From Macrostomum lignano (Eukaryota): DNA of 64,000 nt. The notes below the pieces were generated by a model, which saw only the letters and a list, made by a program, of their open reading frames with translations, had not been told where the DNA came from and made no database searches. The stretch lies in the NCBI GenBank assembly GCA_002269645.1, contig NIVC01001770.1:1-64000 (forward strand), read 5' to 3'. This document shows, piece by piece, positions 50,704 to 64,000 of this stretch. The position numbers and the translations under genes are program-made. Each line of letters opens with the position of its first letter. Position 1 is the stretch's first letter.

Positions 50704-53700
50704 ATGTCCATGGAGCTTTTGGACATGCAGCTGGGCAGTGTGACCCAGCTAACAAGCAGTTGTCTACCAGCCGATGCCAGCTTTCAATTGGTTGGTCGAG
50801 ATTCCAGCACTGAGGTCCTTCTGGCTACCATGGAGCAGACAGACACTTCGTCTATCTACCTGGCTTGCCTAGCAACTAATCGGGTGCACCTGTTAGCCAG
50901 ACTGGACTGCAGCCGTGTACTATCAGCCTCGTGCAGTCGAGACCGCACAAATCTACTTGCCTCTATCCAGCTGCTTCAGCCAGCCGCCAAGGCCAACTAT
51001 GCTGTTGTTTTCATTGACTGTACCAGTAGCAGCAGCAGATCGTCAGCGACTGGAACTTTAATAGTGTTGGCGAAGCACGAGCATCCTGTCTGCTGCCGGC
51101 TGCTGCGACAATCCGCCATCAATGAGCCAGCAGTGGAGTATTTCCTGCAGATCCGCTGCCTCGGGTGGGCCATTTCAAATATTCTTTTTGACTAACCCTA
51201 CCTACCTTACCACCTACCTACCTACCTACCTACCTACCTACCTACCTACCTACCTACCTACCTACCTACCTACCTACCTACCTACCTACCTACCTAACTG
51301 TCCACCTACCTACCTTACTTTCTACCTACCTACCCATCTATTCACCTACCTACCTACCTACCTACCTACCTACCTACCTACCTACCTACCTACCTACCTA
51401 CCTACCTACCTACCTACCTACCTACCTACCTACCTACCTAACTGTCCACCTACCTACCTTACTTTCTACCTACCTACCCATCTATTCACCTACCTACCTA
51501 CCTACCTACCTACCTACCTACCTACCTACCTACCTACCTACCTAACTGTCCACCTACCTACCTTACTTTCTACCTACCTACCCATCTATTCACCTACCTA
51601 CCTACCTACCTACCTACCTACCTACCTACCTACCTACCTACCTACCTACCTACCTACCTTCCTATACTAACAATAATATTCAGTTGTAACCACCCTGGCG
51701 CTACGCCTTCGGCGACATCGTCTCACAGATAGCGGTGAGATACCCCACATCCCAAGTATGCTATCACTAGTTTAGCGATTCCCCTGGGTAGTTTAGCGAT
51801 TCCCCTGAGTAGTTTAGCGAATTCCCGTGAGTAGTTTGGCGATTCCCCGTGAGTAGTTTAGCGATTCCCCTCAGTAGTTTAGCGATTCCCCTGAGTAGTT
51901 TAGCGATTCCCCTGAGTAGTTTAGCGATTCCCCTGAGTAGTTTTGCGATTCCCCGTGAGTAGTTTAGCGATTCCCCTGAGTAGTTTAGCGATTCCCCTGA
52001 GTAGTTTTGCGATTCCCCTGAGTAGTTTAGCGATTCCCCCTGAGTAGTTTTGCGATTCCCCATGAGTAGTTTTGCGATTCCCCATGAGTAGTTTAGCGAT
52101 TCTGAGCGGCCCATTCTCATTTCCCCAACACAAACGCAGCAACGGTCGTGGCACGGTAGAGCTGAAAAAATTCAACACACAATTATCGAGTCAGCATCAG
52201 CTGGATGAATCAGCTGGCAATACGGCTATGCAGCAGCTGCATCAGGTAGTCAAGAAGCACGTGATCTGCTGCCAGTACTGCCCGGTGAATCGCAGCCTGT
52301 TCCTGCTGCACATTGATTCATTTTATGGCGACGTGCACCAGTTCACCTTCACCAGCTTGCACTGCTCAGCTAATCGGCTAGTTTACTCAATTGTGTGCAC
52401 TTTCCCCATCCAGTTGAGCATCCGGGCTGGCCATCTTGGCCGGCATTTTTCTCCAACTGTGCCTGGCGCCACCTCCCAGCAGGTGCTGGCTTACAGCTGG
52501 CAGTGCACCGGGCTGGTGGCCGGCTGCGCCATGCCGACGGCCGGCGATCATCTGGTGATGCTGGTCGATGGCTGCGCCGGCTCCGGCATCGACTGGCTGT
52601 TCAAGGCAAGTATAGCTAAAGTGCCTGGCAGTTTTGTGCTGTTGATTGCTGATTTTGGAGCTTGCTTGTGAGGATTGCTCCAGGTTGCTTGAAGAGGTGT
52701 CTTAAGGAGGTGTCTTGGGGTGTCTTAAGGTGTCTTCAGGTATCTTGGGGTGTCTTCAGGTATCTTGGGGTGTCGTAAGGTGTCTTGGAGTATCTTGGGG
52801 TGTCTTGAGGTGTCCTTAGGTGTCTTAATGAGGGTCTTGGGGTTGTCTTGAGGTGTCTTGAGGTATATTGAGGTGTCTTAAGATATTTTAAGGTGTCGTA
52901 AAGAGGGTCTTGGGGTGTCTTGGGGAGGTGTTTTGAGTTTTCTTGAGGTGTCTTAATTTGTCTTAAGGTGGCTCTTGAGGTGTTTTAAGGAGGGGTCTTG
53001 AGGTGTCTTGAGGTTTCTCGAAAATGTGTCCTGAGATGTCTTGAAGTATCTTAAGGAGGAGTCTTGAGGTGTCTTAAGAAGGGGTCTTAGGTTGTCTTGA
53101 GGTGTCTTGAGAAAGAAATTTGTTGAAATCTACCCTAACCCCAAACCTTCATGGCAACAGGTATTTATATTGCCGAACCGCTGCGTGTTCTCATGTTTCT
53201 GGCCAGCCAAAGAGACGCCGCAAACTCCGCTTGACAGCAACCTCAGCGACGCGGACAACAATCGACATAGCCTTCGCCTGCGCTGGTTGCTAAGCAACGG
53301 TTTCGTATTTGTTTTCATTGGCAACGCGGCTGTGTGCGTTGTGAACGCCAATCCCGGCGCGCTGCCGCTGCCGGTGACGCTGCGACTCGACTGGCCGATC
53401 TTCGGGCCGGCCGATTTGTTGCTGGACTCGCACTGCCCGGACGTCGTTGGCGGGGCCAGCGGGCTGCAGATTCTGTCGGCTGGGCGGGGCTGGCGGCCGC
53501 CGCTGCTGGTCGGCCGTTTCCCCATCAGCCGGCGGCGGTTGCTGGCCGAGCTGGCCCGGCTGAATGACGGCGGCGGGTTCGCTGCCAGACTGTTGCACCT
53601 GCTGGTGAATTCCCAGATCCTCGGGCTGTGTCAGTGCCGCCCTCCCAGATCCTTAGTTGCTGGGCCAGCCTCCCAGATCCTTAGTTGCTGGGCCAGCCTC

Positions 53701-56700
53701 CCAGATCCTTAGTTGCTGGGCCAGCCTCCCAGATCCTTAGTTGCTGGGCCAGCCTCCCAGATCCTCAGTTGCTGGGCCAGCCTCCCAGATCCTCGGTTGC
53801 TGGGCCAGCCTCCCATATCCTCAGTTACTGTCCCAGCCTCCCATATCCTCAGTTACTGTCCCAGCCTCCCAGATCCCAAGTTGCCTCTAGCAGTTTGCAC
53901 CCTCCATCCGATCCATCCCGCCTCCAGATGAGCCTGAGGCCGGCATCCGCTGTCGCCGGCTTCTCTCCAACCGTTTCATCCGCCCTGGACTCGAATCAGC
54001 CAGCCTGGCTGCTGCTCAGGACTCTGCTGTCTAATCCGGACATCCGGATCGGCCTGGCGCTCCGCCAGCTGCTCGTGTCGCTGGTGACGCGTCGGTTGCG
54101 TCAAGAATTTCCGCAGGTCAGAGTCTGTCGATTCTGGGCTGTGAAATAACTGCAGTTAATCTCGCGGTAGTAGCAACTACTAATAGTTATAATTGATTAT
54201 ATCTGCACTGCCCCAATGGGCCAGATGTGCAACCGACAGCTCAGCCGCAGCTATTGCGCGGTGCATCTGAAGGCTGCGTCCGGCTGTTCAGTCCAAGGAC
54301 TGGGGATCGCCACACACACCCTCAATTACCCCAGCTAATGCTGGCACCCATTTTACAGCTGGGTGAACTGAAGCAATGCAGAGTTAAGTGTCTTGCTCCA
54401 TAACACAAAATGTTTCGAGTGTGTCGAGAATCGAACCCCCGACCTTCCAGTCATAAGTCCAACGCTCTAACCACTAGTCTAAAACCCTTATAGGCCGCTC
54501 GGCAAACTCGGCAAGCTACTGACTAATGTCTTGAAATAGGCAATAAAAATTTACCAATTTAAATTTTCGGATCCATAAATAGTGTTTTTATGTTTAAATC
54601 ATATCTCTCCCCGTGGCAGGTGCAATACCGTCTGTGCCTCGGCTGCTACGCCTCCGAACTCGCCGACCCATCGCGTCGAGGTGACCGAAGCGGCCCGGTG
54701 TTCATCGGGCCCGACCTGGCCGTTGAGACTAGCTTTGGCGAGCTTTTCGCGGACATCTCGTTTGTCGAGCGGCCTCAGTCGGAATTGAAGGTGTGCTTTT
54801 TTTAGTGGCTACAAAATTGAGCTTAAATGCTTGTAGTGATTTGCGAGCTGTGGATTACATACCTATACCTACCGACAAACCGTTTTTAGTATATGGACTA
54901 GCCATCAACGCCCCCCGTTGGGGATGCAAAAGAGAAATAAATAAATTTCTTTGAATGAACTATATGATGTTTAAAGAAAAAACAGCATCAGCCCTCAAAG
55001 CCAGTTATCTAGCCTAAGATATCAGCGTCCCCCGTGAGCTTTTTCTCCAATTGCCCCTTCTACATAGACATAATGTGCCAAAACTAGATGTAGCTTTTGA
55101 CCTTGTGCACTCATTATTGTTAGTTTAATAATAAAATTTCATCTGATAAGGAGATAAAGTAGATAAAGTAGATAAAGTAGATAAGGTATATAAGTTAGAT
55201 AGAGTAGATAAGATAAATACCGGTAGAGTAGACAAAGTAGAAAAGGTAGATAAGGCAGATAAGGTAGATAAAGTAGATAAGGTAGATTGCCTCTTATCTA
55301 CTCCGCAGGACAGCTGCTGGCGCCGGCTGCTGGAAGGCCTCTCGGCCAGCCGCGGCGGCACGGGCGCCGGGCCTCTCGGTCGGCAGGTGCTGCTCGACGC
55401 GCTGTGGCGCCGCGGCGCCGACGACGCCGGCCTGCTCTCGCCAGACGACGAAGACAACGACGACTGCATCGACGACGGCGAGGCGCTGGCAGGCGAAGCC
55501 TCCGGCTTCGAGGTCATCGAGGGGCCGGACGAAGCCGACGATTTCGGGTCGTCGATTTTGACGGCTGACCCGCTGGCCGAGTGCGCCGATTCGCGGGCCT
55601 TTCTGTCGGCCGCGCTCGATGAATCGAAGCTGCGCTTGGCGCCGAGTTTCAAATACCGGCTGTGCAGAGAGAGCCTGCCGCTGCTGCAGCCGCATCTGCC
55701 TGATCAGGCTGAGCTGGTCACCTTTCAGGTGGGTTAAGTGCGTCTGACTCAGGGGGTAGGTAGATGTGTAGGTAGGTAGAGATGTGTATGTAAAGAGGTG
55801 TAGGTAGATAGGTTTAGGTAGAGAGGTGTAGGTCCAGAGGTGTAGGTAGGTAGAGGTGTAGGTAGATAGGTTTAGGTAGAGAGGTGTAGGTAGAGAGGCG
55901 TAGGTAGGTAGAGGTGTAGGTAGAGAGGTGTTGGTAGAGAGGTGTAGGTAGGTAGAGAGGTGTAGGTAGGTAGAGAGGTGTAGGTAGGTAGAGAGGTGTA
56001 GGTAGGTAGAGGTGTAGGTAGAGAGGTGTTGGTAGGTAGAGAGGTGTAGGTAGGTAGAGAGGTGTAGGTAGGTAGAGGTGTAGGTAGATAGGTTTAGGTA
56101 GAGAGGTGTAGGTAGGTAGAGGTGTAGGTAGATAGGTTTAGGTAGAGAGGTGTAGGTAGGTAGAGGTGTAGGTAGAGAGGTGTAGGTAGGTAGAGGTGTA
56201 GGTAGAGAGGTGTAGGTGGAACCTTTTCTATCTAGGTAAAAAACGTTGTTGGTAGAGTCGAACCGCAGCCATCGAGGAGGCAAGCAGTCATGCCCATTCC
56301 ACTGACCTCTGACCTTACACACATACACACACAAAACGTACGCAAACGCACGCTCACACACGGTGTACAACGGCTACCCTGACTTTCTCATCGTCAGAAA
56401 TGGGCCCACTCTGCAGTATTTGGATAAGTGAGATACGCGACCCTCCCGCCCCGCTGCAGAACGCACTGGAACGAACTCTCACAGCTGAGATCGGCTTCCT
56501 GTGCCGCCTGTCGCACTGGCACGCCAGAGATCCGGGCGAGTCGCTCGCCTGCCTGCAGCAGCTGGCGCTCTGTCTGTCCGAGTTCATGCCCGTGCCGGCC
56601 GGCCTGCAGCTGGCCCTCACCTGCTTGTCCATACTGGCCAGGGGTCCGGACCAGGTGAGCGACTGATTGTGGGTGATTAGTGACAGTGTTGTTTGTGACA

Positions 56701-57700
56701 GTTTTGTTTGTGACAGTGTTGTTTGTGACAGTGTTGTTTGTGACAGTGTTGTTTGTGACAGTGTTGTTTGTGACAGTGTTGTTTGTGACAGTTTTGTTTG
56801 TGACAGTGTTGTTTGTGACAGTGTTGTTTGTGACAGTGTTGTTTGTGACAGTGTTGTTTGTGACAGTGTTGTTTGTGACAGTGTTGTTTGTGACAGTGTT
56901 GTTTGTGACAGTTTTGTTTGTGACAGTGTTGTTTGTGACAGTGTTGTTTGTGACAGTGTTGTTTGTGACAGTTTTGTTTGTGACAGTGTTGTTTGTGACA
57001 GTGTTGTTTGTGACAGTGTTGTTTGTGACAGTGTTGTTTGTGACAGTGTTGTTTGTGACAGTGTTGTTTGTGACAGTGTTGTTTGTGACAGTGTTGTTTG
57101 TGACAGTTTTGTCGGCGACGCTGTTGGTGACGCTGTCGGTGGCGCTGTCGGTGACGCTGTCGGTGACGCTGTCGGTGACGCTGTCGGTGACGCTGTCGGT
57201 GACGCTGTCGGTGACGCTGTCGGTGATGCTGTTGGTGTCGCTGTCGGTGACGCTGTTGGTGACGCTGTCGGTGGCGCTGTCGGTGACGCTGTCGGTGATG
57301 CTGTTGGTGTCGCTGTCGGTGACACTGTCGGTGATGCTGTTGGTGTCGCTGTCGGTGACGCTGTTGGTGACGCTGTCGGTGACGCTGTTGGTGACGCTGT
57401 CGGTGACGCTGTTGGTGTCGCTGTCGGTACCCGCAGGTGCTGTCCCGCTTGCACCGCTGTCCGGGCTTCTACAGTTCGGACTGGCGCGTGGCCGCCTTCG
57501 CCCTGCTGCACTTGCCCGACGACGGGCCGTCGCAGGAGGCGGCGGCTGCTCGCCGACTGAAGAACCACCTGCTGGCCCGCCTGCCGAAGTCGCTGGCCCG
57601 CCGCCTGATGGAGTCGGCTGGCGCCGCGCCGCCCCAGGCACCGCTGTCTGCGGCCAGCAGGACCTCCAGCTACCGGCTGACGGTGCCAACTGCTTACTGA
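50704..57700 (+). CDS. GSAP: Gamma-secretase activating protein / pigeon (PION) homolog, about 869 aa
   Basis: Exons 50704-51164, 52140-52605, 53161-53604, 53928-54116, 54620-54790, 55309-55728, 56460-56654 and 57437-57700 total 2610 nt and are phase-compatible. Motifs resembling GSAP/pigeon: [89 protein letters not shown]. The 5' start is uncertain (an upstream exon ending near 49569 is possible). Confidence 0.78.
51198..51668. repeat. (CTAC)n microsatellite with a higher-order interruption, GSAP intron 1
   Basis: Direct reading. Confidence 0.95.
51768..52102. repeat. 21-bp minisatellite (gagtagtttagcgattcccct), GSAP intron 1
   Basis: Direct reading. Confidence 0.93.
52690..53110. repeat. 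Degenerate 10-bp repeat (gtgtcttgag), GSAP intron 2
   Basis: Direct reading. Confidence 0.85.
53608..53880. repeat. 28-bp minisatellite (cctcccagatccttagttgctgggccag), GSAP intron 3
   Basis: Direct reading. Confidence 0.92.
54175..54490 (-). mobile_element. tRNA/CORE-like SINE (family B) in GSAP intron 4
   Basis: The reverse complement reads tagtggttagagcg...ggttcgattctcg...gagcaagacacttaactctgcattgcttcagttcacccagctgtaaaatggg. The 3' half matches 43470-43580. Confidence 0.82.
55152..55287. repeat. 9-bp repeat (gtagataaa), GSAP intron 5
   Basis: Direct reading. Confidence 0.85.
55755..56220. repeat. GTAG-based repeat (gtaggtaggtagagaggt), GSAP intron 6
   Basis: Direct reading. Confidence 0.9.
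56686..57430. repeat. 15-bp array (gtgacagtgttgttt) abutting a 12-bp array (gtgacgctgtcg), filling GSAP intron 7
   Basis: Direct reading; the switch is at about 57110. Confidence 0.95.
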
Positions 57701-58265
57701 TTACCGGCAACACTACTAGTGTCAGTAGTATATGTAGCTGCATACATTACTGACAAGGACAGCTAAATGTGCTTTCAACTTTCTGTCTATTAACGTCATT
57801 TGTACTTTTATGATCGTTACAAACTATAATTTTGGCTTAGCAATAAGATATAGCTTGTATTGCCACTATTTTGATTGTGTCTTTTTCTGAATTATTTAAA
57901 TGGTGCTCAATATAATTTTATTAATTAGATTTTACGTTGCGACTTCGGCAAAAAAGATTATTTAAATTTAAATTTAATAAATTGTCTCGACTGATTCTTT
58001 TTCGCTCCATTTCATCTGACGTCACTCAGCGGTGATTGCTAAAAATAGAACAATTACGAGGGTCACGAGGGAAAGTGAAACATGTAAGGATATAGCTTCG
58101 GGGTTATAGAAAATCATTAGATTTTTATCGCTGCATATGCTACTTAGTAAGTAGTTACGCTAAAATATCCGATTCGCCAACTGAGCGGAGACTGGAACTT
58201 GAATTACGAGTTTCGGGGTGTTGTTGCGTTTATGTAGGCTGCACTGGTAGTTGCTGTTTCAGGCG

Positions 58266-60796
<2,531 letters not shown>

Positions 60797-61159
60797 CTGT
60801 GATTCAATTTCTCTCTAGCGGTACACAAAAATGCTCAGATTTGAGCACTGATCTGTCGGTAATTTCAACGGACGCAGCTGTTTAGCCTGTAGGGAGGGCA
60901 GCGAATCCCATTCATTTTTATCCTCGATTTTCTTTCCCACTGTGGACTGAAACTATGCAATGAAACGAGATCGCGAACTGGGCCTGTGTTGGTTGAATTG
61001 AATTGGTAGACTAACATAAATTGAGAAGCAATATCTTCTGAAGTTTATCGAATGTTTGCTTCAATATAACCCAGACCTACTTCAGCCCAGCTCTCTCTGT
61101 GTGTTTGGAGTGCAGCTATGATCATCTCTGGTTTATTTTGCACACGCGGCTTGGTTACG

Positions 61160-61822
61160 AGTATTGTCAGGAGCTTAAAATGTATTGTCAGGAGCTGTAA
61201 ATCTATTGTCAGGAGCTGTAAATCTATTGTCAGGAGCTGTAAATCTATTGTCAGGAGCTGTAAATCTATTGTCAGGAGCTTAAAATGTATTGTCAGGAGC
61301 TGTAAATCTATTGTCAGGAGCTTAAAATGTATTGTCAGGAGCTGTAAATCTATTGTCAGGAGCTGTAAATCTATTGTCAGGAGCTGTAAATCTATTGTCA
61401 GGAGCTTAAAATGTATTGTCAGGAGCTGTAAATCTATTGTCAGGAGCTGTAAATCTATTGTCAGGAGCTTAAAATCTATTGTCAGGAGCTTAAAATTTGT
61501 CAGAAGCGTAAGATTTTTTTCAGGAGCTTAAAATCTATTAATCTATTGTCAGGAGCTTAAAATCTATTACCAGGAGCTTAAAACGTAATATCAAAAGCTT
61601 AAAATTTATTGTCAGGAGCTTAATCTTCCATCAGGAAGGTAAACTAGTGTGTCAGGAAAGCAAACTAGTGTGTCAGGAAGGCAAACTAGTGTGTCAGGAA
61701 GGCAAACTAGTGTGTCAGGAAAGCAAACTAGTGTGTCAGGAAGGCAAACTAGTGTGTCAGGAAGGCAAACTAGTGTGTCAGGAAGGCAAACTTGTGTGTC
61801 AGGAAGGCGAACTGGTGTGTCA
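61160..61822. repeat. Two adjacent 21-bp arrays (tattgtcaggagctgtaaatc; gtgtgtcaggaaggcaaacta)
   Basis: They share a tgtcagga core; the boundary is at about 61625. Confidence 0.92.
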
Positions 61823-62549
61823 GTAGTGCCAAACCTGAGCTGGCGAGCACGGAAGTTCGATGCACCCAGTGCACCAACAAAGGATAATATTATCAAATCA
61901 TTTTATTGAAATTGTTTTGCCAATCCCAGCCATATGCGATAAAATTCAACCAAATGAAAAAGTCAGTTTTTATCGCAATGCTGACTGTGCGGTCTGCTGA
62001 AACGCCGCATGCCAGTCATCTCGAGTGCCTGGCGACACAGTTGGTGCTGGTTACGGCTAGCGCAGTCTCCCATTGTTACCACAGCCTGAGCAACAGCAGG
62101 GGGTCTTCGTGGCCCCCCAACACCGGATCCCTTCAATTATGAAATTCGGCGAGACTCTACATCGCCTTTATTTCATTTTTTATATTAACTTTCCTCTCCC
62201 CTATTGGGATTCCAACCCCCTCCACCCGATAATGCTGATAACTTTCCTGCCCTCCCCGCCCCACATCCTTGATTTCTATCCCAAACTGCCAGGGTCTGGT
62301 GTCAATTATTGATGATAAATAACCCCCAGTTTCTGGTCAACACGTGCCAATTATCTATTGGGGGTTCGGGAGGGTCATCCTAGTCGCTATGCTGATGTCC
62401 ATAAATCTGTCTCTATGCCGCATTTAGTGGCACATTATCAATTTAATTGAAAGTTTCTGTGGTTCGACTGCAGCCTTTTCTGAATTTGACTTTTGCCCGA
62501 AATCAACGAAATGAAATTTACGCCTGTGCTGATCCGAGAACTAATCCGA

Positions 62550-63810
62550 AACTTCACCAAACCGAAGCTTCACCAAAACTCGAAGCTTCACCAAATCGAA
62601 GCTTCGCCAACACGAAGCTTCACCAACCCGAAGCTTCACCAACCCGAAAATTCACCAAACCGAAGCTTCACCAGCCCGAAGCTTCACCAAAACCTGAAGC
62701 TTCACCAACACGAAGCTTCACCAACACGAAGCTTCACCAACACGAAGCTTCACCAAAACCTGAAGCTTCACCAACACGAAGCTTCACCAACACGAAGCTT
62801 CACCAACACGAAGCTTCACCAACACGAAGCTTCACCAACCCGAAGCTTCACCAACACGAAGCTTCACCAACCCGAAGCTTCACCAACCCGAAAATTCACC
62901 AAACCGAAGCTTCACCAGCCCGAAGCTTCACCAAAACCTGAAGCTTCACCAACCCGAAGCTTCACCAACCCGAAGCTTTACCAACCCGAAAATTCACCAA
63001 CCCGGAGCTTCACCAACACGAAGCTTCACCAAAACCTGAAGCTTCACCAACCCGAAGCTTCACCAACCCGAAGCTTTACCAACCCGAAAATTCACCAAAC
63101 CGAAGCTTCACCAAAACCCGAAGCTTCACAAAATCGAAGCTTCACCAAAACCTGAAGCTTCACCAACACGAAGCTTCACCAACACGAAGCTTCACCAAAA
63201 CCTGAAGCTTCACCAACACGAAGCTTCACCAACACGAAGCTTCACCAACACGAAGCTTCACCAACACGAAGCTTCACCAACACGAAGCTTCACCAACACG
63301 AAGCTTCACCAACCCGAAGCTTCACCAACACGAAGCTTCACCAACCCGAAGCTTCACCAACCCGAAAATTCACCAAACCGAAGCTTCACCAGCCCGAAGC
63401 TTCACCAAAACCTGAAGCTTCACCAACACGAAGCTTCACCAACACGAAGCTTCACCAACACGAAGCTTCACCAAAACCTGAAGCTTCACCAACACGAAGC
63501 TTCACCAACACGAAGCTTCACCAACACGAAGCTTCACCAACACGAAGCTTCACCAATACGAAGCTTCACCAACACGAAGCTTCACCAACCAGGAGCTTTA
63601 CCAACACGAAGCTTCACCAAAACCCGAAGCTTCACCAACACGAAGCTTCACCAACACGAAGCTTCACCAACACGAAGCTTCACCAATACGAAGCTTCACC
63701 AACACGAAGCTTCACCAACCAGGAGCTTTACCAACACGAAGCTTCACCAAAACCCGAAGCTTCACCAAAACCTGAAGCTTCACCAACCCGAAGCTTCACG
63801 AACACGAAGC
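62550..63810. repeat. 16/17-bp minisatellite (cgaagcttcaccaaca) with higher-order structure
   Basis: Direct reading; HindIII site in most units. Confidence 0.95.
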
Positions 63811-64000
63811 TTCAGGTTACGCTGGGTGTACGCTCCTACACATTAATACTCACAAGTGTTCACAATATACTTCTATCAGAATGTTTAACCGGCTGTAATG
63901 AGTTCGTTGAATTTATATAAATTGTCTCAACGCTTTGAATTTCAATTCACGGTCGACACCAATATGGGCCGCAGATGCCCCGCTGTAATCTGACACCAAA

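Noticed and set aside
62447-63155. ORFs with (EASPTRSFTNTKLHQ)n
   Set aside because: They are products of the 16-bp array; frames break where 17-bp variants occur.

Overview
Eukaryotic animal DNA with GC-rich spliced exons and introns largely filled by locus-specific minisatellites. This architecture suggests a Macrostomum-like flatworm (inference). Five genes are recognisable by family motifs and were reconstructed exon by exon with phase-compatible splice sites: Rab1 (exon 1 not found in the window), a prohormone-4-like LDLa neuropeptide precursor, a MAP4K (GCK-I kinase plus CNH domain), ZNHIT6/BCD1 (minus strand, Q-rich coding repeat, C-terminal frameshift) and GSAP/pigeon (with a GC-AG intron). 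There is also a small orphan single-pass membrane protein and two low-confidence spliced gene models on the minus strand. Mobile DNA comprises four hAT/Charlie-type MITEs, two tRNA-SINE families (one with a CORE-like domain) and two putative solo LTRs. About 40 tandem arrays generate most of the long ORFs in the ORF track, which I treat as non-coding. The most unusual signals are: (1) local domains where TE copies show CpG, CpA and TpG to TpA hypermutation (RIP-like); (2) an intron built entirely of GT...AG repeat units; (3) minisatellites that are reverse complements of sequence on the other side of an exon; (4) a 20x MEQPQQQ coding repeat in ZNHIT6. All homology calls are from motif recognition by eye; no database search was run.
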